This document shows positions 18,496 through 28,056 of a DNA stretch of 64,000 bases, piece after piece. The notes under the pieces were generated by a model. That model searched no databases. It had not been told where the DNA came from and saw nothing but the letters and a program-made list of their open reading frames with translations. Every line of letters begins with the position of its first letter. Positions within the stretch are counted from its first letter, which is position 1. The DNA is from Planctomycetota bacterium. Lineage in GTDB: Bacteria; Planctomycetota; B15-G4; SIAN01. The translations under genes and the position numbers were made by a program. The stretch is taken from positions 13,101-77,100 of the forward strand of contig SIAN01000004.1 of the NCBI GenBank assembly GCA_009691715.1. The letters are read 5' to 3'.

Positions 18496-19101
18496 TCAGA
18501 TGAAGCCCTTGGCCTTCAGCGAGCGCATCGCCGCGGCCTCGGCGGCCTGATCGACGCCGTCGCCGCCGCCCTGCTTGATCAGGCCGCGCGCCTCGAGCGC
18601 TGCCAGCACGCGCTCGTAGCTCACGTCCTGGCTTTCGCTCGCGGTGTTGCACTTCACTTCGGGGCTCGTCGGCGGCTCGTACGGATCGTCGACGCCGGTG
18701 AAATTCTTGATCTGGCCGGCGCGCGCCTTCTTGTACAGGCCCTTCACGTCGCGCGCTTCGAGCGTGTCGAGGTCGCACTCGGTGTAGACCTCGAAGAAGC
18801 GCCCGATCTTCTGGCGCTGCTCGTCGCGCGTGTCGCGGTAGGGCGAGATCGCGGCGGTGATCGCCACGACGCCGTTGCGCGTCAGCAACTTCGCGACGTA
18901 GCCGATGCGGCGGATGTTGGTGTCGCGGTCTTCCTTGCTGAAGCCGAGACCCTTGCTGATCGTCGTGCGGAACTCGTCGCCGTCGAGCAGTTCGACCTTC
19001 ATGCCGCGCTCGAGCAGCTCATTCTTGATGCGTTCCGCGAGCGTGGACTTGCCCGAGCCCGAAAGCCCGGTGAACCAGAGCGTGAAACCTTCCATGTCCA
19101 T
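18496..19101 (-). CDS. cysC: Adenylylsulfate (APS) kinase
   Basis: It contains [22 protein letters not shown] (P-loop) and is a canonical 201-aa APS kinase. It lies 8 nt downstream of sat. Confidence 0.9.
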   Translation of the reverse strand: MDMEGFTLWFTGLSGSGKSTLAERIKNELLERGMKVELLDGDEFRTTISKGLGFSKEDRDTNIRRIGYVAKLLTRNGVVAITAAISPYRDTRDEQRQKIGRFFEVYTECDLDTLEARDVKGLYKKARAGQIKNFTGVDDPYEPPTSPEVKCNTASESQDVSYERVLAALEARGLIKQGGGDGVDQAAEAAAMRSLKAKGFI

Positions 19102-19109
19102 CGTTCCTT

Positions 19110-20264
19110 TCACTTGGCCTTGAGGGCGTTGATGAGAATCTGGGCGATCTCGGGGCGGGTGAACTCGACCGGCGGGATGGTGCCGGCACGCAGCATGTCG
19201 CGCACCTGCGTACCGGAGAGGTTGATGCGCTCTTCCGGCGTGGCCGGGCTCGACTTGGTCGACGCCATGCCGTTGGTGCGCTTGCACCAGAACGAGTTCT
19301 CGAACTTGAGCAGGTTGATCCCGATCTCGCCGGGCGAGTACTCGTCGAAGATCTTCTGCGCGTCGTAGCTGCCGTAGTAACTGCCGACGCCGGCATGGTC
19401 GCGACCGACCAAGAAGTGGCTGACGCCGTAGTTCTGGCGGCAGATCGCGTGCAGGACCGCTTCGCTCGGCCCGCCGTAGCGCATCGCCTGCGGATAGACG
19501 ACCAGCGCCGTGCGCTCCTTCGGGTAGTAGCTGGCCAGAAGCGCCTCGTAGCACTGCATGCGGACATCGGCCGGGACGTCGTCGCTCTTGGTCTCGCCCA
19601 TCAGCGGGTGGAGCATCAAGCCGTCGACGATCTCGAGCGCGACCTTGGTCAGGTACTCGTGCGCACGGTGGATCGGGTTGCGCGTCTGGAACGCGGCGAC
19701 CGTCTTCCAGCCCTTCTGCTTGAACAGCACGCGCGTCTCGACCGGGTCGAGGCGGCGGTTGTTGTACTTGTCGTACTTGAGGCGATTGACGACCGAGATC
19801 CGGCCACCGAGGTAGGTGTCGCCGATCGAATCGAGGTAGCCGACGCCCGGGTGCGCCTTGTCATCGGTGCGCAGGACCTTCCGCGCTTCGTCGCCCTTGT
19901 CCATCTTCCACTTCGCCGCGAGGTGGAGCACGGCGAGAAGTTGCCCGTCCTGCGTCTCGAGCGCGACGTCACTGCCTTCCTTGAACTGACCCGCGTCGTC
20001 ACCCGGCTTGACCGAAAGGACGATCGGCACCGTCCACGGCAGGCCGTTCTTCAAGCGGCGCGTTGCAAGCACGGCCGCGTAGTCGGCCTGCTCCATGAAG
20101 CCCTCGAGCGGGCTCATGGCACCGACGGCGATCATGTCGACGTCGGCCATTTCGCGCGCGTTCAACACGACCTTGTGGAGCTTCGGCGCCAGGCCGAGGA
20201 GGCGGTCGCGCTCGCCACCTTCCACCACGCGATTCACCAGCCGTCCACCATGCGGTGCGATCAT
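19110..20264 (-). CDS. sat: Sulfate adenylyltransferase (ATP sulfurylase)
   Basis: It contains [11 protein letters not shown] (HxxH motif) and the GRDHAG motif, with length and fold consistent with single-chain Sat. Confidence 0.9.
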   Translation of the reverse strand: MIAPHGGRLVNRVVEGGERDRLLGLAPKLHKVVLNAREMADVDMIAVGAMSPLEGFMEQADYAAVLATRRLKNGLPWTVPIVLSVKPGDDAGQFKEGSDVALETQDGQLLAVLHLAAKWKMDKGDEARKVLRTDDKAHPGVGYLDSIGDTYLGGRISVVNRLKYDKYNNRRLDPVETRVLFKQKGWKTVAAFQTRNPIHRAHEYLTKVALEIVDGLMLHPLMGETKSDDVPADVRMQCYEALLASYYPKERTALVVYPQAMRYGGPSEAVLHAICRQNYGVSHFLVGRDHAGVGSYYGSYDAQKIFDEYSPGEIGINLLKFENSFWCKRTNGMASTKSSPATPEERINLSGTQVRDMLRAGTIPPVEFTRPEIAQILINALKAK

Positions 20265-20328
20265 CGATGTCCTCTTCGCTGTCCTGGTTGCTGCCTTGGG
20301 TCACGAAACGCCGCGGGATCGCGGCGCG

Positions 20329-20589
20329 TCACAGGTATCCGAGATTCTTCAGCTTCTGCTTCACGGCCGCGAGGTCGCTCGCGTTGAAGTCCTCGGCCGC
20401 CTCGATCGCGCTCGCCGACGCGCCAGCGGCCGCTGCGGCTGCGCCCTTCAGCTCCGCTTCGCCGAGCAGGTCGCGCAGGACGAACACAATGAAGTCGGTC
20501 GGCGACGAGAAGCCTGAGTTTTCGATCACCAGCTGGACCTTGCGGTAGAGCGGGCGCGGGATTTTGACCGTGACCTTGCTCTCTCGCAT
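20329..20589 (-). CDS. Ribbon-helix-helix (CopG-like) small DNA-binding protein
   Basis: The 86-aa sequence MRESKVTVKIPRPLYRKVQLVIENSGFSSPTDFIVFVLRDLL is a clear RHH. The C-terminus ...KLKNLGYL is shared with the paralog. It is the first gene of the RHH-sat-cysC arrangement. Confidence 0.55.
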   Translation of the reverse strand: MRESKVTVKIPRPLYRKVQLVIENSGFSSPTDFIVFVLRDLLGEAELKGAAAAAAGASASAIEAAEDFNASDLAAVKQKLKNLGYL

Positions 20590-20644
20590 CGGACCCTCAC
20601 GTGGGATTGCGGGCATCTCGACACACGCTGGGGTGCGGGAGGAA

Positions 20645-20688
20645 CGCACTCCAATCGCACTCCAATCGCACTCCAATCGCACTCCAAT
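20645..20688. repeat. Perfect tandem direct repeat, 4 x 11 bp (CGCACTCCAAT)
   Basis: Read directly from the sequence: cgcactccaat cgcactccaat cgcactccaat cgcactccaat. It lies in the divergent intergenic region 56 bp upstream of the RHH gene start and 175 bp upstream of the lipoprotein gene. Confidence 0.9.
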
Positions 20689-20861
20689 AAGGCGCCATCT
20701 AGATACCGCCCGTTTTCTTGATGTCAAGCCGTCGGTCGCCCGCTGAGCCGCCGCCATGAACTGAGGTACGGTTCCCCGCCGCTGCCGGCGTTGACGGGTG
20801 CGATGGGTCGCCGTCGAACGCCCGGTACCCTCGCGCCCCCGAATCCCCCAGGAGCCTGCCC

Positions 20862-21437
20862 GTGATGCGTAGGTCGATCGCTGTCTCCCTCCTCCTTGCG
20901 TTTGCTGGGTGCGGTGACAAACCAGAATCGGGAGGCAACACTGCCTCCGCCCCTACCGCCGGTAAATCCGCTGCGCAGCTCCTGAGCGACGCCGAAACTG
21001 CGGAGCAGGCGCAGGATTGGAAGGCGATGCTTGCCTGCGCCGACGGCGCGCTTGCCGACGCCAAGGCGACCGGCGAAGAGAAGCAGCAGGCGTGGCTGAT
21101 CAAGATCGCCGCGACCGCCCACACGAACGGCGGCGATGCCGCGAAGGGTGCGATCACGGCAATGAGCGCGTCGAGCGACGTTCCGTCGGCGTCGAAGCTG
21201 GTGAGCCTTGCGACCGATCTCGTCGAAGCGGACCTCGCCGCCGTCGCCGTTGACGTTGTGGCGGCGGCTGACGCGAAGTACGGCAGCGACCCGGACGCGA
21301 AGAAACACCTCAAGAAGGTCGCCAAGATGTGCAAGGCGAAGCTCGAGGAGAGCGGCGACGCCGGCGCGCTCGCGCAACTGCAGGCCCTCGGCTACCTGAG
21401 CGCGTCGGACGACGAAGAAGAGATCGAGGACAGTTGA
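20862..21437 (+). CDS. Lipoprotein, Ala-rich helical
   Basis: It has a signal peptide with lipobox LLAFAGC. The C-terminus ALAQLQALGYLSASDDEEEIEDS contains the same LGYL motif as the two RHH proteins. Confidence 0.55.
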   Translation: MMRRSIAVSLLLAFAGCGDKPESGGNTASAPTAGKSAAQLLSDAETAEQAQDWKAMLACADGALADAKATGEEKQQAWLIKIAATAHTNGGDAAKGAITAMSASSDVPSASKLVSLATDLVEADLAAVAVDVVAAADAKYGSDPDAKKHLKKVAKMCKAKLEESGDAGALAQLQALGYLSASDDEEEIEDS

Positions 21438-21663
21438 GCCGGCTGCGGCACTTCGCCGTGCCACGCATCCGATCCTGACGCAACGATCGCGGGCGGCCCC
21501 TCGCAGCCCGTTGGCGCAGTCGCCGCGAGTCCGGCGAGTGGATTTCGAGTCGGGACGAGGAGGAGGTTCGAAGCCAACTCCCCAGAGAGTTGTCGAGAAT
21601 CTCCGACGAAGTCCCGGCTTGAAAGACGCCGCCCGCGCTGCTTTCCGATGCTTCGCCTGTCAG

Positions 21664-24168
21664 CTACTCCGGCGCCACCAGCGACTCGCGGTTCGCGCGA
21701 CCGCCGACGTGCGCCTTCGCCTTCGCTTCGAGCCCGGCGAGCGGGATCACGTGGCCGTCCATGTCGTCCGGTACCGGCACGCCGTGGATCGCAAGAATCG
21801 TCGCCGCGAGGTCCTGGAGGTGTGGCGCCGCGCCGGCCGCGACCTTCTTGTTGCTGAAGAAGATGCCACGCACGAGGTACGGGTGCACCGAAGTGTGGTC
21901 GCCCGACCAGCGGTTCTTGTTCGGGAAGACGATCGCTTCCTTGCTGCGATCGCCCATCGCCGTGCCCCAACCGACGCGGTAGCCGAAGTTGAATCCGACC
22001 TGAATGTCGGCCGCGCCTTCGGTGCATCGGCCCTTCGCGTCGCGCAGGTCGGTGGCGAACGGTCCGGCGAGGTAGTCGCCGCGCTTCCACGCGCCCTTGA
22101 ACACCTGACGATCGTTGGACGTGGTCTCGTTGGGATTCCGGTAAGCCAGCATCTTCGCGATCATCTGGTCGCAGACGGCGTCGTAGTCCGCAGCGTCGAC
22201 GCTTCCGTTCGGCTCACGGCCCTTCAAGTTGACGTAGATGTTCCCGATCCCGACCGAGTAGGCCTTGGTCTTTTCCCAATCGACGTACATCAGGAACTGC
22301 TTGTTCGTCGTCGGCTTGCCGTCCGGCTCCTTGCGCAGCGTCATGAAGCCCTGGTCGATCAGCCAGGCGTTCAGCTCGACCTCTTCGCGGAACGGGCTGA
22401 AGCCGTGGTCAGAGCAGACCATCAGCGTGCAGTCGCCGAGGCTTCCTGACTCGATGCGCTGCATGACGATCCCGATGGTCTTGTCGACCTCCGCGTAGAT
22501 CGCCGGGATCGCGTCCTTGGCCAAGATCGTCTGCGGGCCGAAGCGGATGGTCTTGTTGGCCTCTTCGGCCTTCCACTGCGGGTGCTTCTCATCGAAGAAG
22601 CGATACATCATGTGGCAGACGCGATCGGTCTCGCCGAAGACCTGGAACAGCGTGGTCCAGTCGTTCTTGTCGAGCTGCGCCTCGAGCATCTTGCGGCGCC
22701 ACTGGATCGTGTCCCAGATCGCCGACATGAACGACAGATCACCGATCTCATCGTCCTTGAGCGCGTGCGTCTGGCACGACCAGCCGATGGTGTCGAAGTA
22801 GCCGACGTCCTTCACCAGCTCGGCGCCGAACGCGACCGGCGAAGTGACCGGCATGTTGGGCGGCATGCCATCGGTCGCGACCGTGATCGCCGGCAAATAG
22901 AACTTCACGTCCTCGGCGTCGGGATTGCACTGCGATACGTGCAGGTGAGCGGTCGCCTTCATCGCGAAGGCATTCTCGATCTCGAACGTGACCGGGATGT
23001 AGGGCGCCCACTCGCCCTCGGCCAATGTCACTTCGCGCCCAGCCAGCGCGAACTTGATCGTCTTGTTGGCCTTGTCCACCCAACCAACGAGCGGGACGGA
23101 AGCGTTGCCCTTCTCCCCTTCCCACTTCTTCTTGTCGTTCTTGGCGGTGTTCAATTCCTTGGTCAGCGTCTGGTGCTCCGCCGTTCCCGGCTCGACGGCC
23201 TTCCACTTGTCCTCGATCTCCTTCACCTTGCGCGCCCACTTCTGCGCCTCGACGAAGTTCTCGGGCCCGGAGAGCTTGGTCTCGAAGTAGCCGATTTTGT
23301 TGCCGTCGGCGCACTTCGAGCAGCCCTTGGTGAACGTGAAGCTCTTGTTCTTGCACTTCGGGCAGATCGTCCTGAACTTCATCACCTGCCCGCCGTTCCC
23401 GGTCGGGCGCGGGAAGTCCCACTCGCTGTTGGTGTAGACGAGGTACGTGCCCGGTCCGCCGCGCACGTCGGGAACCGACAGTCCGGCGAGGAGCTTCGTG
23501 TTCGGGCCGGCGGCCGCCGGGTAATTGCACGCCACCTGCAGAACGCGTGACGACAGGTTCGCCGCGTCGAGCAGGTCCCAAAAGTTCTTGACCGCGAGGT
23601 CGTTCTGGTGCGACGGCATCGTGAAGCCGTCTTTCCACGGCAGGTCCGCTTCGCGCGAGTAGCCGATGGTCGGGATCACGCTGCCGATCAACTTCGGCTG
23701 CTTTTGGTCGTCCATGATCTCGGACCATCGGAACGTGCGGCGGATGAAGCCGAAGATGTTGGTCTTGCCGGGATTCTGGCCGCTGTTGACCGACGCCCAC
23801 GCGACCGGCGACTCGGCCGGGTTGGCGGAGCCGAGCGGCAGGAACGATCCCTGCTCCATCAGCTTCTTCGCCCATGGCATCCGCCCTTCGGCGATGAACT
23901 GCTCGGCGAGATGGTGCGACGCGCCGTCGAAGCCGATCATCACGACCCGCGGTGCGGCGACCGCTGTCGCTTTCGCTGCCGGCGCCGTCACTGCCGTCGG
24001 CACCGCCGCGTTCGCCGGCGCGGGATCCCCGGACAGCGCCGTCACTGGCGCCGCGGAGAACGGCGCGGCCGCGAGCGGTAGGGCGTTCTGTGGCCAGCAC
24101 GCCACCGCCGCGCTCGCCAGCGCCACCGTCGCCAGCAGTCCACCCACGAACCAGTGCATCGCTCGCAT
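21664..24168 (-). CDS. Alkaline-phosphatase-superfamily phosphodiesterase, paralog 3 with zinc-ribbon insertion
   Basis: It has VVMIGFDGASHH, GSANPAESPVAWAS and CSDHGFSPF motifs. An inserted C4 segment (ICPKCKNKSFTFTKGCSKCADG) is absent from paralogs 1 and 2. It has an N-terminal TM anchor, and a GGAGA SD precedes the start at M47. Confidence 0.7.
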   Translation of the reverse strand: MRAMHWFVGGLLATVALASAAVACWPQNALPLAAAPFSAAPVTALSGDPAPANAAVPTAVTAPAAKATAVAAPRVVMIGFDGASHHLAEQFIAEGRMPWAKKLMEQGSFLPLGSANPAESPVAWASVNSGQNPGKTNIFGFIRRTFRWSEIMDDQKQPKLIGSVIPTIGYSREADLPWKDGFTMPSHQNDLAVKNFWDLLDAANLSSRVLQVACNYPAAAGPNTKLLAGLSVPDVRGGPGTYLVYTNSEWDFPRPTGNGGQVMKFRTICPKCKNKSFTFTKGCSKCADGNKIGYFETKLSGPENFVEAQKWARKVKEIEDKWKAVEPGTAEHQTLTKELNTAKNDKKKWEGEKGNASVPLVGWVDKANKTIKFALAGREVTLAEGEWAPYIPVTFEIENAFAMKATAHLHVSQCNPDAEDVKFYLPAITVATDGMPPNMPVTSPVAFGAELVKDVGYFDTIGWSCQTHALKDDEIGDLSFMSAIWDTIQWRRKMLEAQLDKNDWTTLFQVFGETDRVCHMMYRFFDEKHPQWKAEEANKTIRFGPQTILAKDAIPAIYAEVDKTIGIVMQRIESGSLGDCTLMVCSDHGFSPFREEVELNAWLIDQGFMTLRKEPDGKPTTNKQFLMYVDWEKTKAYSVGIGNIYVNLKGREPNGSVDAADYDAVCDQMIAKMLAYRNPNETTSNDRQVFKGAWKRGDYLAGPFATDLRDAKGRCTEGAADIQVGFNFGYRVGWGTAMGDRSKEAIVFPNKNRWSGDHTSVHPYLVRGIFFSNKKVAAGAAPHLQDLAATILAIHGVPVPDDMDGHVIPLAGLEAKAKAHVGGRANRESLVAPE

Positions 24169-24396
24169 GCGCAGTCTCTCCAGGCGCGCCCGAGATGAAG
24201 CGGCGCAATGGGTTGCTCTTTCGGGCTTGAGGCGGCGCAGAGTAAAGCGACCCGTGTCCGGACGATCGCGCGCTCCTGCGTCGATTCGGCACAAGGGGCG
24301 CGCCACGCTGCGCCGCCGGCCCCGTGGCGCAATGGGACGAAGCTCGGGGACCGATGTTTGCGGTGGGCCGCCGCTTTCCTCCCGGAGGCTCGATTG

Positions 24397-27300
24397 ATGA
24401 AGCGACTTGGGCCTTGGCTCGTGGCCACGATCGTTGCGATCGGGTGTTTCGCCTGGTGGAGTTCACGCAAAGGCGACCCGCCACGACTCGCCCCGGCCGC
24501 TCCGCTCACCGCTGCCGACGCCGCCGCAGATTCGACCGCCGACTCGACCGCCCCCTCGATCGCGCCTGCTGCCGACCGCGCCACCGACCCGGCCCCCACC
24601 TCGAGCGACGCCATCGTCGCGGACGTGATCGGCACCGGGAGCCTGCGGATCGAAGGGCAAGTGGTCTTCGCCGCCGATGGACGCCCCGCCGCTTTTGCGC
24701 GGGTCCGCGCGTTCGACCGTTTCCCGGCCTTGACGCCACGCTCGATGCGCGGCGGCGCGGATGGCGTCGAGTCGGAACCGACGACGCACCGGCACTCCGG
24801 ACAAGCGGTCCACGACCTCGCCGAACGAGACGCCTCGAACTTCGCTCGGAACGAGGACTTCGACGACGCCACCGACGATGCGGAACGCACGCCGAAACCA
24901 CCCGCCGAGGCGCTCGCTGAAACGACCGCCGACGCGACCGGCGCTTTCGTCCTCGCCGGCCTCACGCGCGGCACGGTGCACGTCGATGCGATCGCCGAAT
25001 TTGCGTCGTGCGAACAGCCGCAGGTCATTTCGCTCACGGACGAGTCGACCGTCGACTCGATCCGGCTCCTGCTCACCGATGGAGCCGCGCTGCGCGGGCG
25101 CGTCGCCGATCCGTCCGGCGCGCCGGTCGCCGGAGCGCGCGTGGTCGCCACACCGCCCTTCGATCCATTCGCAATGTTCGCCGCCGGCGGAATGCAGATG
25201 CGCGAGCCGTGGATCGCGCTGACCGACGCATCCGGTCGCTTCGCGCTGCCGGGACTCGCGGCGGGTCTCACGCTCGACCTCACGGCCACCGCCACTGGCT
25301 TCGCACCATCGGCACACCAGAAGGTCGTGACGGCGCTGCGCCAGACCGTGCAAGCGGATCTGATCCTGCAGAAGAGCGGGCGCATCGACGTGATCGTGCA
25401 CGACTCTTCAGGCCAGCCGCTCACCAACGTTGCCTGCACGCTCGGCGCAGCCGAACTCAAGCTCGATGAGCTCGCGACCAGCGCGGAGTCGTTTCGCGGC
25501 ACGCGACGCCAACTGGACCCGCAGGGGCGTGCGACCTTCGAGGGACTCGCCGTCGGCAAGTGGCAGATCCGCATCGATCGCGCGCCATGGCTCGAAGCCA
25601 AGCGCGCGGTCGAACTGCGCGAGACGGGCGAGACGGCGACGGTCGAGTTTGTGGTCGAGCTCGGCAAGGAGCTGCAAGGGCGGGTCGCCGCCCGTGACGG
25701 CACTCCGCTCGCCGGTGCGCGCGTCACGGCCGTCGAGCCGCCCTCGATCATGAACGTGATGCGCGCCGCGCGCGGTTCTGGCCGCCGCCAGGCCACGACT
25801 GACGCCGACGGGCGCTTCCTCCTTTTGGGACTCGGTGCCGGGCAGTTCGACGTGACCGCTCGCGCCATCGGCTACGACGAGGCAACGGTCAGTGCAGCAG
25901 CCGGCGGCCCGCCGATCGAGATCGTGCTGCCGACGCGCGGCGCGTTCGAGGGCATCGTCATCTCGCAACAGTCGGGAAAGCCGCTCCACGAGTTCACGCT
26001 CCACCTCGAGCGCAAGAGCACCGGCGGTGGCGGCATGTTCGACGTCGCCGACATGCAGCGCACCGTGCCGCTCTCGCTGGCGTTCGCCCATGAGCAGGGC
26101 AAGTTCCGCGTCGCCGGTGTCGCGCCCGGCGAACTGCGCATCGCCATCACGGCTGCCGGCCACGGCCGCTGGCAGGGCGCCTGGTTCACGCTCGCGGACG
26201 GCACCACGCGCAAGGGGATCATCGCGACGCTTGGTCCGGAGGCCGTCATCGAGGGCATCGTCGTCGCCGCCGCGGACGGCGCCCCCATCGCCGGCGCGCA
26301 ACTGCGCCTCGTCGCTGCGGACCAGGCGATGATGCAGAAGCTCATCGCAGGCATGCTCGGCGACACCGCCGCCACCAGCGGCGCGGACGGCCGGTTCCGC
26401 ATCGGCGAGCTCGGCGCTGGATCGCACAAGCTCGCGGTGAAGAAGGACAGATTCGTCGAGACCGAGCCGCCTGCGATCACGCTCGCGGAGGGCGAGACTT
26501 CGGCGCTGCTGCGCATCGAGCTCGCGTCGGGTGCCGAGATCTTCGGCAACGTCGTCGACGCCGACGGCCACCCGCTCGCCGGCGCGAGCCTGATGTGCCA
26601 GGACATTGCACGCATGGCGATCCGATCGGCCAAGAGCGATGCCGCCGGCAACTACCGGTTCGAGGGTCTCGCGCCCGGCAACTTCGCGCTCACCCGCATG
26701 CCAGCGGAGATGGCGATCGGGAGCGACAAGTTCTTCGAGCAGATGCAGGGGCAGATCGAGACGCGCACGATCAAACTCAGCGCGGGCGAATCACTGCGCG
26801 TTGATTTTGGGGCGCAGATCAAAGGCAGCGCCGTCCTGGTCGGACGCGTCGTCTCCGGCGGAGCGCCCGTCCCCGACGCGCTGGTGCAGGTGATCGCCAG
26901 CGAGCAGGGCGGCAAAGTCGGCAGCGTGGGTGGCGGGGTGGCGATGGGCACGTGCGACCACGACGGTCGTTTCCGCGTCGAGCGCTTGCACGCCGGCCGA
27001 GCGTTCGCGCAGGTGAATCTCGGCGATCCAGGCGGCGGTGGGATGAACGCGGTGCTGGTGCCGGTCCTGCTGGAAGCTGGCGCTACGACCGAGGTGACGC
27101 TCGAGGTGCCGGCGGCGAGCGTCTCCGGCGAAGTCCTCGAGGTAGGAAGCCGCAAGCCGTTGGCCGGAATCGCGGTTTACGTTGGAGCAGCGCCCGACGC
27201 ACCGACGGCCGGCATCGAGATGGCGATGCGCCGCTCGCTTGCGGTGCGCACCGACGCGAACGGCAAGTTCCGCCTCGACCACGTGCGGCCGGGCCGCTGC

Positions 27301-27972
27301 CGGGTCGTCGCCGGCGCGGGCGATCTGCTCGGAGGCGGATCGAGCGATTACGGCGTGGGTTCGTCGCCGATCGTGGTTCCGGCCGTGGGCGCGGTCGATG
27401 CCGGCACGTTGCTGCTCGCACCCGCGGCTCGCATCAGCGGACAACTCGTCGACGGCACCGGCAAGCCACTCGCGCAAGGCTCGATCTTCCTGCGCGATGC
27501 TGCAACCGGCGGATACCTCGAGGAATGGAGCAGCACCTCGAGCGACGAGAACGGCGAGTTCGAGTACGCGGGCGTCCCCGAAGGCAGCTGGGATGTCGTC
27601 GCGCGCGCGCCGGGCTACGCGACGGCGGTGGCACGCGGGATCTCGGCGCGTCCAGGTGGAATCAATCGAACCCGCATCAAGCTTGTCGGCGGGACCGAGG
27701 TCTTCGCGCTCCTGAACGCGGTCCCGTTCGCAGACCTGTTGACGCTGTCGGCGGCAGTCGATGGGCCCGACGGAGCGATCCCGCTGACGCTGTTCGGACT
27801 CTCCGAGCTGGCGGATGCGATGCAGCAGCCATGGCAGCCCGATGTGGTGCGGCTCGGACGCTTCGGGCCGGGCCGCTACCGCGTTCACGGCCAGCTCCGC
27901 GGCACTCCTTTCGAGCAGACATTCGAGCTCGCTGGCGAGCCGGAACTGCGGATCCCGATCCGCTTCGATTGA
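24397..27972 (+). CDS. Large secreted protein with >=10 carboxypeptidase-regulatory-like (CarbopepD_reg) beta-sandwich repeats
   Basis: A GGAGG SD precedes the start. An N-terminal TM/signal segment is present. The motif ...G.V.D..G.PLAGA.V... recurs about every 90-100 aa (ALRGRVADPSGAPVAGARV, ELQGRVAARDGTPLAGARV, EIFGNVVDADGHPLAGASL, ARISGQLVDGTGKPLAQGSI). Confidence 0.7.
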   Translation: MKRLGPWLVATIVAIGCFAWWSSRKGDPPRLAPAAPLTAADAAADSTADSTAPSIAPAADRATDPAPTSSDAIVADVIGTGSLRIEGQVVFAADGRPAAFARVRAFDRFPALTPRSMRGGADGVESEPTTHRHSGQAVHDLAERDASNFARNEDFDDATDDAERTPKPPAEALAETTADATGAFVLAGLTRGTVHVDAIAEFASCEQPQVISLTDESTVDSIRLLLTDGAALRGRVADPSGAPVAGARVVATPPFDPFAMFAAGGMQMREPWIALTDASGRFALPGLAAGLTLDLTATATGFAPSAHQKVVTALRQTVQADLILQKSGRIDVIVHDSSGQPLTNVACTLGAAELKLDELATSAESFRGTRRQLDPQGRATFEGLAVGKWQIRIDRAPWLEAKRAVELRETGETATVEFVVELGKELQGRVAARDGTPLAGARVTAVEPPSIMNVMRAARGSGRRQATTDADGRFLLLGLGAGQFDVTARAIGYDEATVSAAAGGPPIEIVLPTRGAFEGIVISQQSGKPLHEFTLHLERKSTGGGGMFDVADMQRTVPLSLAFAHEQGKFRVAGVAPGELRIAITAAGHGRWQGAWFTLADGTTRKGIIATLGPEAVIEGIVVAAADGAPIAGAQLRLVAADQAMMQKLIAGMLGDTAATSGADGRFRIGELGAGSHKLAVKKDRFVETEPPAITLAEGETSALLRIELASGAEIFGNVVDADGHPLAGASLMCQDIARMAIRSAKSDAAGNYRFEGLAPGNFALTRMPAEMAIGSDKFFEQMQGQIETRTIKLSAGESLRVDFGAQIKGSAVLVGRVVSGGAPVPDALVQVIASEQGGKVGSVGGGVAMGTCDHDGRFRVERLHAGRAFAQVNLGDPGGGGMNAVLVPVLLEAGATTEVTLEVPAASVSGEVLEVGSRKPLAGIAVYVGAAPDAPTAGIEMAMRRSLAVRTDANGKFRLDHVRPGRCRVVAGAGDLLGGGSSDYGVGSSPIVVPAVGAVDAGTLLLAPAARISGQLVDGTGKPLAQGSIFLRDAATGGYLEEWSSTSSDENGEFEYAGVPEGSWDVVARAPGYATAVARGISARPGGINRTRIKLVGGTEVFALLNAVPFADLLTLSAAVDGPDGAIPLTLFGLSELADAMQQPWQPDVVRLGRFGPGRYRVHGQLRGTPFEQTFELAGEPELRIPIRFD

Positions 27973-28056
27973 CCGGGCGACGGCGTTGGAACCGGCGCGT
28001 CGGTGAGTCGTGTTCGGTAGTCTCCCTGCCCCGTCCTGCTCTGGATCCAAGGAGGA

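Noticed and set aside
24042-25868. 608-aa - strand ORF overlapping the CarbopepD_reg repeat gene
   Set aside because: It is a Ser/Ala/Arg-rich antisense frame, whereas the + strand has a periodic domain repeat and an SD-preceded start.
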